Shown one piece after another: positions 20,659-30,009 of a DNA stretch of 64,000 nt. Below the pieces are notes generated by a model. It was not told the origin of the DNA. It did no database searches and worked only from the letters and a program-made list of their open reading frames with translations. The translations under genes were made by a program, and so were the position numbers. Source of the DNA: an uncultured candidate division Zixibacteria bacterium (GTDB lineage Bacteria; Zixibacteria; MSB-5A5; GN15; FEB-12); the NCBI GenBank assembly GCA_963806185.1, contig CAWDXE010000007.1:896001-960000 (forward strand), given 5' to 3'. How positions within the stretch are numbered: position 1 is the first letter of the stretch; every line of letters begins with the position of its first letter.

Positions 20659-23397
20659 TTAGCTTTTGGCTTCGAGCCAGTTGGGGCCGGCGCCCATGTC
20701 GGCGATGACGGGGACCTTCAGCTTCACTGCCTTCTCCATGCCGTCCTTCACGATCTTCTTCACCTGATCAAGTTCAGACTTGTGAACGTCGAAGATGAGT
20801 TCGTCGTGCACCTGCAGAACCATGCGGGACTTCATGCCTTCAAGCGCTTTGTGAATCTTGATCATCGCAACCTTGATAATGTCGGCGGCGCTGCCCTGAA
20901 TAGGGGTGTTGATGGCGGCACGTTCGGCAAACTGGCGGACCTGGAAATTCTTATCGTTGATCTCCGGCAGGTACCGGCGGCGATTGTACATGGTGGTAAC
21001 GAACCCGTTTTCGCGGGCGAACGCCTTGGTTTCCTCGATGTAGGTGTGGATGCCGGGATAGGTCTTGAAGTAAGCGTCGATGAACTCCTTTGCCTTCTCC
21101 ACGGTCATATCAGTCTGGTTGGAAAGGCCGTAGGCGGAGACGCCGTAGATCACGGAGAAATTGGTGGTCTTGGCAACACGGCGCTGGTCGGAGGTTACAT
21201 CTTTGATGTCGACGCCGAAAACGTTGGCCGCAGTGCGGGCGTGGATATCCTCTCCCCTCTTGAAGGCCTGCACCAGGCCGGGGTCGGAGGTATAGTGAGC
21301 GAGGATGCGCAGTTCGATCTGCGAGTAATCGGCGGTGAGCAGCACATGGTCATCGTCGCGCGGGATAAAGGCTTTGCGGATCTCGCGACCTTCCTCCGTG
21401 CGGACCGGGATATTCTGGAGGTTGGGATCGGTTGACGACAACCGACCACTGGCGGCTATCGTCTGATTGAAGCTCGTGTGCAGGCGGCCGGTGCGAGCGT
21501 TGACCAGTTTGGGCAGAGCGTCGACGTAGGTGCTCTTGAGTTTCCCGAGCTGGCGGAAATCGAGGATGAGTTTCGGGAACGGATGAACGCGGGCCAGCTC
21601 CTCGAGCACACTGACGTCGGTGGAGTAGCCGGTCCCCTTGGCAGTCTTCCCCTTGGTCGGCAGATTGAGTTTTTCGAAGAGAATATGCGAGAGCTGCTGG
21701 GTGGAATTGATATTGAATTCCATGCCGACCATCTTGAAGATCTGAGCGCGCAGGTTTTCAATCTTGGCGTCCATCTCGTTGGAAAGCGCCAGCAGGAACG
21801 AGGAGTCGATGCGGATACCTTCCATTTCCATGTCGGCGAGTACTTTGATCAACGGGAGTTCGATGTTGTAATAGAGATTCTGCAGTTCGTACCGTTCGAT
21901 TTCCGGCGCAAGGACGCCGCGCAAGCGGAAGGTGAAGTCGGCGTCGGCACCGGAGTAGCGCGTGGCCTGATCGACGGGAACGGTGTCGAAGGTTTTCTGA
22001 TTGCGGCCGGTGCCGATCAGTTCGGTGATCTCCTGCATCTTGTGGTCGAAATGCTTCATCGCCAGATAATCGAGCGAGTGCTGACGTCCAGACGGATTGA
22101 GCACGTAGGAGGCGATCATTGTATCGAAGGAGAGTGGGTCGACGTCGATGCCGTGACGGGACAATACCTCGAAATCGTACTTTATGTTTTGCCCGATCTT
22201 CTGAACGCGAGGATTCTCGAGAAGCTTTTTCAACAGCTCAATAGCCTCGTCGAACGGGAGGTTCTTTTTCGGATCGCTGGTGTGCCTCAGCGGCACATAG
22301 TAGCCAAAACGGGCGTGATCGGTGAGTGATACCCCCACCAGTTCGGCGTCAAGGGTATCGAGGGACGAGGTTTCGGTATCGACGGCGATTTCACGCTTCT
22401 TGGCGAAGTCGGTAACGATCTTCTTCAGTTCTTTGATAGAGCCAACAGTGTGATACTCGGCGGCCGGGCCGGTCGGCCTAGCGTCGAGATCGAGTTCCAA
22501 TGCGGGCGCACCGGAATCGGCCGGCTGGAGCTGCTTGAGGAGCGCAGTAAACTCGAGTTCCATGAACAGCTTCTTGGCCTTCTCGTAGTCCATGGGGCGG
22601 CGCTTGAGGGCATCAAGATCGAGCTCGACCGGAACGTCGGTGGCGAGCGTGACGAGGTCCTTTGACATGAGGGCCAGATCAACGTTTTTGGCGATCTTCT
22701 CCCTCGTTCCCTTGGCCTTGATCTTGTCGAGGTTGGCGAGAATGTTGTCGAGAGTGCCAAACTCGGCGAGGAGCTGTTCGGCAGTTTTCGGTCCGATGCC
22801 CGGCACGCCGGGGACATTATCAGAGGCATCACCCATCAGCGCTAGTTTGTCGATGACCTGATTGGCCTCGACGCCGAATTTCGCCTTAACGCCGTCGGGA
22901 CCGATCCGTTCGGGTTGTTCGGCGAGCTTGCGCGGATTGTAGAGTCGGATGTTGTCGTTGACGAGTTGGAGATAGTCTTTGTCGCCGGTAACACACCAGA
23001 CGAGAATACCCTCTTTGGCGGCCTTCAGAGCGAGAGTGCCGACAATATCGTCGGCTTCATAGCCGGGCAGTTCATACGAGGGAATGTTGAGGGCCTGGAC
23101 GCATTCGCGGACGCGCGGGAGCTGGACGACCAGTTCCTCGGGCATTTTCGCGCGCGTGGATTTGTACTCGGCGTACTTCTCGTGCCGGAACGTGGGCGCT
23201 TTGCTGTCGAAGACGACGCCGAAGTAGTCCGGGGTTTCCTCACGCAAAATCTTCATCAGCGAACTGATGAAGCCGTAGGCCGCGGAGGTGTTCTCCCCTT
23301 TTGAGTTGATCAAGGGGTTGCGAAGGAAAGCAAAATAGGCCCGGTAGAAGATGGCCGAGCCGTCAATCAGGTACAATGTTCTCTGTTTTTGTGTCAT
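20659..23397 (-). CDS. polA: DNA polymerase I
   Basis: 5'-3' exonuclease (LIDGS, YEADD, GVPGIGPKTA), 3'-5' exonuclease (DTET, QNIKYD) and polymerase (GRLSSTDPNLQN, DYSQIELR, QVHDE) domains. Confidence 0.98.
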   Translation of the reverse strand: MTQKQRTLYLIDGSAIFYRAYFAFLRNPLINSKGENTSAAYGFISSLMKILREETPDYFGVVFDSKAPTFRHEKYAEYKSTRAKMPEELVVQLPRVRECVQALNIPSYELPGYEADDIVGTLALKAAKEGILVWCVTGDKDYLQLVNDNIRLYNPRKLAEQPERIGPDGVKAKFGVEANQVIDKLALMGDASDNVPGVPGIGPKTAEQLLAEFGTLDNILANLDKIKAKGTREKIAKNVDLALMSKDLVTLATDVPVELDLDALKRRPMDYEKAKKLFMELEFTALLKQLQPADSGAPALELDLDARPTGPAAEYHTVGSIKELKKIVTDFAKKREIAVDTETSSLDTLDAELVGVSLTDHARFGYYVPLRHTSDPKKNLPFDEAIELLKKLLENPRVQKIGQNIKYDFEVLSRHGIDVDPLSFDTMIASYVLNPSGRQHSLDYLAMKHFDHKMQEITELIGTGRNQKTFDTVPVDQATRYSGADADFTFRLRGVLAPEIERYELQNLYYNIELPLIKVLADMEMEGIRIDSSFLLALSNEMDAKIENLRAQIFKMVGMEFNINSTQQLSHILFEKLNLPTKGKTAKGTGYSTDVSVLEELARVHPFPKLILDFRQLGKLKSTYVDALPKLVNARTGRLHTSFNQTIAASGRLSSTDPNLQNIPVRTEEGREIRKAFIPRDDDHVLLTADYSQIELRILAHYTSDPGLVQAFKRGEDIHARTAANVFGVDIKDVTSDQRRVAKTTNFSVIYGVSAYGLSNQTDMTVEKAKEFIDAYFKTYPGIHTYIEETKAFARENGFVTTMYNRRRYLPEINDKNFQVRQFAERAAINTPIQGSAADIIKVAMIKIHKALEGMKSRMVLQVHDELIFDVHKSELDQVKKIVKDGMEKAVKLKVPVIADMGAGPNWLEAKS

Positions 23398-24017
23398 TGG
23401 TAGAGTCGATTTTCGATAATGTACTTCGCCACCGCGTCAGGTACCAGCGCCGACAGTTGTAGGGCTGACCAGCCTTCGCGAACGGACTGGCGGACCCGGG
23501 TCGAAGAGACATCGACCGGGCGCGTTTCAGTGAATCGAATATTGTATTTGGCCGACTGAGCTGAGTTGTGGAAATAGCCGGGGCGGGCACCGGCGACGAT
23601 GGTGATCTCGCGCAACAGCTCCTCCGGCTTGTACCAGGTGGAGAATTGTTCCAGTTGGTCGGCACCGATGAGAAAGGTGAAACGAACGCCGGCGTGTGCG
23701 GCTTTGAGAGCGCGCACGACGTTGAGTGTGTACGCGGGCTTGTCCATATCGGCTTCAATGCGATCGATCACACAATAGTCCCTATCGGCAAAGGCGAGTT
23801 CCAGCATGGTGCAGCGATGTTCAAAAGAAGCGTGCGGGGACTGCGCGCGGTGCGGCGGCTTGATGCCGGGAACCAGGAGGACGCCAGCAAGGTGTTCAGC
23901 CGTCCGGAGATCGTCGGCCAAAGTCAAATGCCCCCTGTGCACGGGGTCGAACATGCCGCCAAAGATGCCCCAGTTTCCGACGATCGTCTCAGGAGCCGGT
24001 TTTGGTTTCCTGTTCAT
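23394..24017 (-). CDS. nadD: Nicotinate-nucleotide adenylyltransferase
   Basis: Motifs GGMFDPVHRGH, PPHR, IGAD and VSSTRVR. Confidence 0.93.
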   Translation of the reverse strand: MNRKPKPAPETIVGNWGIFGGMFDPVHRGHLTLADDLRTAEHLAGVLLVPGIKPPHRAQSPHASFEHRCTMLELAFADRDYCVIDRIEADMDKPAYTLNVVRALKAAHAGVRFTFLIGADQLEQFSTWYKPEELLREITIVAGARPGYFHNSAQSAKYNIRFTETRPVDVSSTRVRQSVREGWSALQLSALVPDAVAKYIIENRLYQ

Positions 24018-24924
24018 GGGTAACCGGTGCTTCCTTTATCCTGGCCAGCAGTTCGTCGGCATGCTTAATCTGCTCACTGGCCGGGTAGTCGTGTTTGAGC
24101 GATTCCAGCCTGGTCTGGGCGGTTTGCAGATCGCCTTTGGTGAAAGCGACTTCGGCTGCCTTGAAGGTCGACTTGGCGGCCAGCTCTTTCGCTTTGGGCG
24201 TCCACTGGTGGTCGGGGTAGATTCGGGCGAAGCTGTCGAATTTATCCCGGGCGAGATCGTAGTTCCTCATTTTGTACTCGCCTTCGGCGATGCTAAAGAT
24301 TGCCCGCGTGGCCGGCTCGGTGCTGGTATATTCGTCAATGACCTTCTGGTAATAGATGCCGGCGGCTTTGTGGTTACCAAGGCGGGTATACACCAGTGCG
24401 GCGTTAAAGAGCTTGGTGGCCATGCGCGTTTTGGCGATGGTCAGGTATTTCTGAGCGTCGGGAATCATTTCGGATTCCGGGTGATCGATGAGAAAATCCT
24501 CGAACAACTGGATCGATTTGGTGAGGTCGGATTGATCGAGGCCGGGTGAATTGGGTGTGCTCTCGTAGAAAGCAGCGGCCTTCATGAACTGGGCACTGGT
24601 GGCGTATTTGGACGTGGGGTAATTGAGGGTGAGGCGGTTGAATTCAACCCCGGCCAGTTGGTATTCTCTGTTGCTGTAATAGGAAAGCGCCAGGTAGTAC
24701 TGGGCGGTGTCAACGATGTTCTCGCCGGGGAAATTGTAGACGATTTGCTGAAAGACCTCGACAGCGCGCACAAACCTCTCTTTGTCATAGGCCTCCTTGC
24801 CCAGGCGCCAGAGTTCGGACGCGGGCTTTCCGGTGAGAGACGGCGGGCCGCCGCAACCGGCGAATGAAAGTACCAGTGCGGTCAGAACGGCACCGATGAA
24901 CCAGCCAACACGTGTTCTGCTCAA
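23989..24924 (-). CDS. bamD: Outer membrane protein assembly lipoprotein BamD (with extra C-terminal TPRs)
   Basis: Lipobox FAGC, TPR repeats and LDQSDL..F..F..DHPES pattern. Confidence 0.82.
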   Translation of the reverse strand: MSRTRVGWFIGAVLTALVLSFAGCGGPPSLTGKPASELWRLGKEAYDKERFVRAVEVFQQIVYNFPGENIVDTAQYYLALSYYSNREYQLAGVEFNRLTLNYPTSKYATSAQFMKAAAFYESTPNSPGLDQSDLTKSIQLFEDFLIDHPESEMIPDAQKYLTIAKTRMATKLFNAALVYTRLGNHKAAGIYYQKVIDEYTSTEPATRAIFSIAEGEYKMRNYDLARDKFDSFARIYPDHQWTPKAKELAAKSTFKAAEVAFTKGDLQTAQTRLESLKHDYPASEQIKHADELLARIKEAPVTHEQETKTGS

Positions 24925-25565
24925 ACCTGATAATTCTCCTTGAGCATTTTGTAGTTTTCCATGACGCGGTTGATGTACTTGCTCGGTAATTTTTCGCCGC
25001 GGCTGAGCATACCGCGCAGCCTGGTTTCGCCGACGTTGTAGGCGATGAGCGCTTTCTTGACATCGCGGAATTTCAGCAGTTGTTCAAACAGGTAGAAGCT
25101 GCCGATGCGGACATTGGTTTCGGGTTGCTGCAGGGTCGCCAGTCCCTCCCAATCGACTCCGGCCCGGGGAGCGACGTCGGCGCCAACGTAGGGAATCATC
25201 TGCATGAGTCCCTGGGCTCCTTTCTCGGAGACCTGATGCTTTTTGAGTGACGATTCGGTGAGGATGACCGCCAGGATGAACATGGGATCGTATTCGTACT
25301 TCTTGCTTTCGCTGTAGATGACGTTGGTGAGCGTCTTCACCTCTTCCTCATTGAAGCCGATCTGGAAATCGTCGATCGCGCGGAAGATCTGCAGCTTCTC
25401 CTCCAGCTCCGTGATTCGCGTACGCTGGTAGGAAATCTGTTTCTCCAGATCAAGGCGGTTGTCGATCAAATAGACCAGAGCGCCCGTTTGCACCAGATAT
25501 ATGAGCATCAATAACAGCGCTACCGGCTTGGAAAGAAAGATACCGAGTTTATCAATGTGTATCAT
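24921..25565 (-). CDS. Membrane-anchored lytic transglycosylase (SLT domain) with coiled coil
   Basis: N-terminal TM; motifs AVILTESS (catalytic Glu), GAQGLMQ and AYNVG; ATGA overlap with rimO. Confidence 0.85.
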   Translation of the reverse strand: MIHIDKLGIFLSKPVALLLMLIYLVQTGALVYLIDNRLDLEKQISYQRTRITELEEKLQIFRAIDDFQIGFNEEEVKTLTNVIYSESKKYEYDPMFILAVILTESSLKKHQVSEKGAQGLMQMIPYVGADVAPRAGVDWEGLATLQQPETNVRIGSFYLFEQLLKFRDVKKALIAYNVGETRLRGMLSRGEKLPSKYINRVMENYKMLKENYQV

Positions 25566-26890
25566 GATGCAGGCTCCTGCTTGCAACCGAGTAAGTCGTA
25601 GCCATCGGCTGATTCTATGTAGACGCGACAGATGTCGCCCACGTTCAGATTGTCACCGCGCAGATGAACGGTCTGATCAATGTCGGGACAATCGCCCCAG
25701 CTACGCGCAACAGCGTTGCCCCGCGGGTCGACCTCATCGACAATGCATCGGATGGTGGTGCCCACTAGTTTCAAATTGTTGTCGAAGGCGATGTCGCGCT
25801 GGATGTTCATGAGTTGATCCATGCGCTCCGCCTTGGTTTCGTCGGAAATCTGATCGGGATAGGCGTTGGCCGGAGTACCGTCTTCGGGCGAATAGGCAAA
25901 CACGCCCATGCGGTCGAAGGCGAATTCGCCGACGAAGTCGCGCAGTTCGTCGAATTCGGCTTCGGTCTCACCCGGGAAGCCGACGATGAAAGTTGTGCGG
26001 GTGATACTCGGGACGCCGGTCTGGCGAATACGGTTGAGGAGGAATTCGATCTTGTCGCGACTGACCTGGCGACGCATACGCTGGAGCACGGGATCTGAGA
26101 TGTGCTGAAGCGGCAGATCATAGTAGGCGAGGGTCTTCGTGCCGGAGGCCATATAGTCAATTAACGCGCTTTCGAGATTGGCAGGGTACAAATACATCAG
26201 TCGAATCCAGTCAATACCTTCCATCTCATTGAGCGCCTTGAGAAGATCAACAACGCCCGGGCGCCCAGTGAGGTCATATCCCCACAAGGTTGCCTCCTGC
26301 GAGACGAGAATCAACTCCTTCTTTCCGTTTCGTGCCAGGAAGTGAGCTTCGTTGAGGATGGAGTCCAGCGGGCGGGAGCGGAATTTGCCGCGCATGCCGG
26401 GGATGGCACAGTAGGTGCACATCCGGTCGCAGCCATCGGAGATTTTCAGATATGAATACGGCAAGGGGTCGGATACATAGCGGCTGGTCCAGGAGACGTA
26501 AGCGAGCTTGCGGGATTCCATGCGGATTGTCTTCGGAATGCGGGCGGAAGTCGACACGGCCTGGGCGATCGACTGGAGGGCGCCATGGCCGAAGGCGCCG
26601 TCGAGCTCCGGCATGTCGCGCAGCATCTCGTCGCCATAACGCTGGGTGAGGCAGCCCGTGGCATAGAGAGTCTTGATATTGCCGTTCTTCTTCAGTTGCC
26701 CCAGGCGGAGGATTTCGTTGATGGATTCCTCTTTGGCGGGCAAGATGAAACCACAGGTATTGACGATGACCGAATCGGCGTCTTCCGGGTTAGGGGTCGG
26801 CAGATGGCCTTCGTCGATGAGCCGGGCGGAGATGTAATCGGCGTCCACGTCGTTTTTGGGACAGCCGAGTTTGTGCATGTAGAATTTCAT
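25562..26890 (-). CDS. rimO: Ribosomal protein S12 methylthiotransferase
   Basis: Motifs LGCPKN, VNTCGFI, GCL, KISDGCDRMCTYC (radical SAM), IVGFPGET and PDIDQ (TRAM). Confidence 0.94.
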   Translation of the reverse strand: MKFYMHKLGCPKNDVDADYISARLIDEGHLPTPNPEDADSVIVNTCGFILPAKEESINEILRLGQLKKNGNIKTLYATGCLTQRYGDEMLRDMPELDGAFGHGALQSIAQAVSTSARIPKTIRMESRKLAYVSWTSRYVSDPLPYSYLKISDGCDRMCTYCAIPGMRGKFRSRPLDSILNEAHFLARNGKKELILVSQEATLWGYDLTGRPGVVDLLKALNEMEGIDWIRLMYLYPANLESALIDYMASGTKTLAYYDLPLQHISDPVLQRMRRQVSRDKIEFLLNRIRQTGVPSITRTTFIVGFPGETEAEFDELRDFVGEFAFDRMGVFAYSPEDGTPANAYPDQISDETKAERMDQLMNIQRDIAFDNNLKLVGTTIRCIVDEVDPRGNAVARSWGDCPDIDQTVHLRGDNLNVGDICRVYIESADGYDLLGCKQEPAS

Positions 26891-26900
26891 TACGGCCGCA

Positions 26901-27515
26901 TCAGTCCAACTCGATCACTTCAACCGAATCGGGGAAATCGGGCTGGAACTCCTTCTTGTCGCAAGCGACGTTGGTTTCCTGATTTCGGAAGACGATCCGA
27001 TTCAGGTCTCCGTTCTCGTCATAGTACTGCACTTCCGCCAACTTCGTCTTTCCGTTGGACAGATATACCACGAGGGAGTCGGGGATATTCTCGGTCCGTT
27101 CGGGCTTTTTCAACAGACGGTAGGCGGAATCAGGCCGTAATGTAACCGTTTTGTAGAATTCGTCAAGCCGAGTGATGAAGGAGATTTCACCGCCAAAGGA
27201 GGCGTTCTGAGGAACTTTCTCGACCGTAACCTGTTTGTTGTCAGCGGAATAGCTGAAGAGCCGGGTCCCTTCATAGAGATAGACATCGGCGCCGACTTCG
27301 ACCCGATAGCGGCCGTCCTTAGCCAGGGTCAGCAATCCGTCAGAGGTATCGGTCCGGTCAAACACGTCGGACTCCAAAATCGAGAAAAACGAAAGCCGCG
27401 TGCAGGTGGATTTGGCAAGGTCCTTTTTGAGGGCCGAAAAGTTGTCAGCCGAGGCTGCGCCGACTAACAAAAGAACAATGGCAGCGACTGTGATGACAGA
27501 TGAGAGCTTGGGCAT
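26901..27515 (-). CDS. lolA: Outer-membrane lipoprotein carrier LolA-like protein
   Basis: Signal peptide; G.L.L....YR....YEGTRLFSY....QVT strand pattern; ftsK-lolA synteny. Confidence 0.75.
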   Translation of the reverse strand: MPKLSSVITVAAIVLLLVGAASADNFSALKKDLAKSTCTRLSFFSILESDVFDRTDTSDGLLTLAKDGRYRVEVGADVYLYEGTRLFSYSADNKQVTVEKVPQNASFGGEISFITRLDEFYKTVTLRPDSAYRLLKKPERTENIPDSLVVYLSNGKTKLAEVQYYDENGDLNRIVFRNQETNVACDKKEFQPDFPDSVEVIELD

Positions 27516-27554
27516 ATATCGCTTATACAATTAGAGTTAGCCGGAGTTCGGCAG

Positions 27555-29843
27555 TTAATCGGCGGTCGTCTGGCTGGGCATTTTGGCGTTGAGGGTCTCC
27601 AGGAAAGTCTTATCGACGACTACTTCGCGGGCTTTGGAGCCGTCAAACGGAGACACGACCCCTGCCTGTTCCAGTTTGTCTATGAGTCGAGCGGCGCGCT
27701 GGTAGCCGATCCCCAGGCGGCGCTGAAGGAGTGAGACGGAGCCCTGTTTATGGCGAATGACTACTTCGCAGGCCTCGCGAAAGAGGGGATCGCCGAGGTC
27801 AAGATCGCCCTCGGGAGCGTCCTCGGCGGATTGGGAGATGCCCTCAAGAGTGAGCATGCCGAGGCCTTGTTCTTTGATGAAGGCGACCAGTCCGTCGGTT
27901 TCCTCGCTTGAGATGTAGGCACCGTGGACACGCTGGGGTTCGGGCTGGCCGGAGGAAAGGAAGAGCATGTCGCCGTTGCCGAGCAGTTTTTCGGCACCGT
28001 TAGCATCGATGATGGTCCGGCTGTCCACTTTGGAGGCGACCTGGAAGGCGATTCGGGCCGGGAAATTGGCTTTGATGAGGCCGGTAATTACATCGACCGA
28101 CGGTCGCTGGGTAGCGAGAATCAGGTGAATGCCGACGGCACGGGCCATCTGGGCGAGACGGGTGATCATCGCTTCGGTCTTGGTGTTGGCTGAAGACATC
28201 ATCAGGTCGGCAAGCTCATCGACAAAGACGATGATGTACGGCAGTTTCGCCTCCTCGGCGGCCTGCTTCCTATTGAAATCCTCAATATTGCGGACACCGG
28301 CCGTCGCGAGGCGACGATACCGGTTTTCCATTTCAACGACGATGTCGGAGAGGACGCGCTCGGCCTGTTTCGGTTTAGTGACGACGGGGCGGCCGAGGTG
28401 CGGGATGCCGGAGTACACTGAGAGTTCGAGCATCTTGGGATCGACAAAGATGAAGCGGACCTGCATCGGGTGGAGACGGTAGACCAATGAAGTGATGAGC
28501 GCATTCATGCAGACCGATTTTCCGGAGCCGGTGGCACCGGCGATCAGAAGGTGGGGCATGCGAGCCAAATCGGCAACGAACGGTTTGCCGGCGGTCGTTT
28601 TCCCAAGGGCAAGCGGGAGGCGAATCTTGGGGTCGTGGTATTCTTCGGATTCAAACATGTCCCGCAGGAAGACCATTTGGGGATTGCGGTTGGGGATTTC
28701 AACGCCGACGGCGGCCTTGCCGGGAATCGGGGCGATGATGCGGATGCGTTTTGCCTTGAGCGCCAAAGCGAGGTCATCGGCCAGACTGATAATCTGGTTA
28801 ACCTTGATGCCGGTGCCGGGTTTGAATTCAAAGCGAGTGATCACCGGACCGGGGTACTTTTCGATGGGGCCTTCGACAGTGACGTGGAAGGTTTCCAACG
28901 TTTCCTGAAGCATGCGGGCGGTCATGTTGAGCTCTTCGGCAGAGACTGTCGCATTCACTTCGGGGGGCGTGGTCAGGAGGTCGAGGTTCGGGTAGGTGTA
29001 ATTGAACGATTTGATCTGCACCGGTTCGGCGACTCGTTTGAGGGCGACCTTCGTTTTGGTGCCCTTCTTGCGTTTGGGGAGTTCCTCTCCCCCGTCGATC
29101 AGGTCGAGCTGGGGGGCGTCCCCATCGATTTCGATGTCGGTCTCGACGTCGTCGGGCGGCTGTTCCGGTTCTTCCTCATCAGGAATCGCCGGTTTGCGCG
29201 GAATCCATTTGAAGGCGAAGAGCCAGATGAAGGCGGACGCGATGGCGGAATAGATCTTCTTGATGACCGCCCCGCCGGGAATGGTAATCACCCTGGCCAG
29301 GAGGGGCGTGATGGAGGTGTAGGTTATCAACAAAATCAGGACTGCGCCAACCAGGCTGATATACGCGCCACTCTGGCCCAGCAAATTGACGAGCAGGACG
29401 GTCAGGCGGTCGGAGATATAGCCGCCGATTTCGTCGAGCGACGGGTCGGCCACGTCGGAAGCGACACAGCCGACATTGTAGATCAAGGTGCCGAGCAGCG
29501 AGATGAGAAAGAGCAGGAAGGCGTGCAGCTCAAGGAAGCGGGCCATCTTGCTTGAGAGTAAGCGAAGGCCGACGAAGATCAAACCGACCGGGAGGAAATA
29601 GGAGAGCCAGCCGAACAGCGTGAAAAGGAAGTAGGCGAGGTAGGCACCCAGCATACCACCCTGATTGTGGTAGCGAAGACTGAAGGGATCTTCGGTGGGA
29701 TCGATCTGACCGGTGATGCGGGCATCGTCGTGGCCGACATGAGAGATTAGTCCAACCAATAGGAAGCCGGCAAACAGGATGGTCAGAATGCCGAAGATGA
29801 TCTTGCGTTTGGCCGAGTGGCCGGATTTTCGCTTTTTTGCCAT
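27555..29843 (-). CDS. ftsK: DNA translocase FtsK
   Basis: N-terminal TMs; motifs PHLLIAGATGSGKS, VDELADLM and LATQRPSVDVITG; gamma domain QRRLGIGYQRAAR. Confidence 0.97.
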   Translation of the reverse strand: MAKKRKSGHSAKRKIIFGILTILFAGFLLVGLISHVGHDDARITGQIDPTEDPFSLRYHNQGGMLGAYLAYFLFTLFGWLSYFLPVGLIFVGLRLLSSKMARFLELHAFLLFLISLLGTLIYNVGCVASDVADPSLDEIGGYISDRLTVLLVNLLGQSGAYISLVGAVLILLITYTSITPLLARVITIPGGAVIKKIYSAIASAFIWLFAFKWIPRKPAIPDEEEPEQPPDDVETDIEIDGDAPQLDLIDGGEELPKRKKGTKTKVALKRVAEPVQIKSFNYTYPNLDLLTTPPEVNATVSAEELNMTARMLQETLETFHVTVEGPIEKYPGPVITRFEFKPGTGIKVNQIISLADDLALALKAKRIRIIAPIPGKAAVGVEIPNRNPQMVFLRDMFESEEYHDPKIRLPLALGKTTAGKPFVADLARMPHLLIAGATGSGKSVCMNALITSLVYRLHPMQVRFIFVDPKMLELSVYSGIPHLGRPVVTKPKQAERVLSDIVVEMENRYRRLATAGVRNIEDFNRKQAAEEAKLPYIIVFVDELADLMMSSANTKTEAMITRLAQMARAVGIHLILATQRPSVDVITGLIKANFPARIAFQVASKVDSRTIIDANGAEKLLGNGDMLFLSSGQPEPQRVHGAYISSEETDGLVAFIKEQGLGMLTLEGISQSAEDAPEGDLDLGDPLFREACEVVIRHKQGSVSLLQRRLGIGYQRAARLIDKLEQAGVVSPFDGSKAREVVVDKTFLETLNAKMPSQTTAD

Positions 29844-29883
29844 TGCTGACGTATGTACACTTTTCCCGGTCCGGGCCCAAGAT

Positions 29884-29913
29884 AAAAAAGCAGGGTCAAC
29901 ACACTGCCCTGCT
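29884..29913 (-). terminator. Rho-independent terminator between lptD and ftsK
   Basis: Minus strand AGCAGGG-cagtgtgttga-CCCTGCT followed by a T run. Confidence 0.75.
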
Positions 29914-30009
29914 GTGACTTCGACCCAGAACCACGTTTCCTCGTAAGTACGCCCCTACATGCTCGAGTTGAGAGGGACAAGTCAACTAAAATTGAAATAT
30001 GTCGGTTGA

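Noticed and set aside
15331..29555. Long plus-strand ORFs (15331..16362, 21478..22329, 23806..24549, 28551..29555)
   Set aside because: Antisense shadows of the aminotransferase, polA, nadD/bamD and ftsK.
29914..29960. tmRNA, 6S RNA or riboswitch suggested by the GGGGCGTA start
   Set aside because: Too short and no matching consensus that I can recognise; kept only as a weak sRNA candidate.
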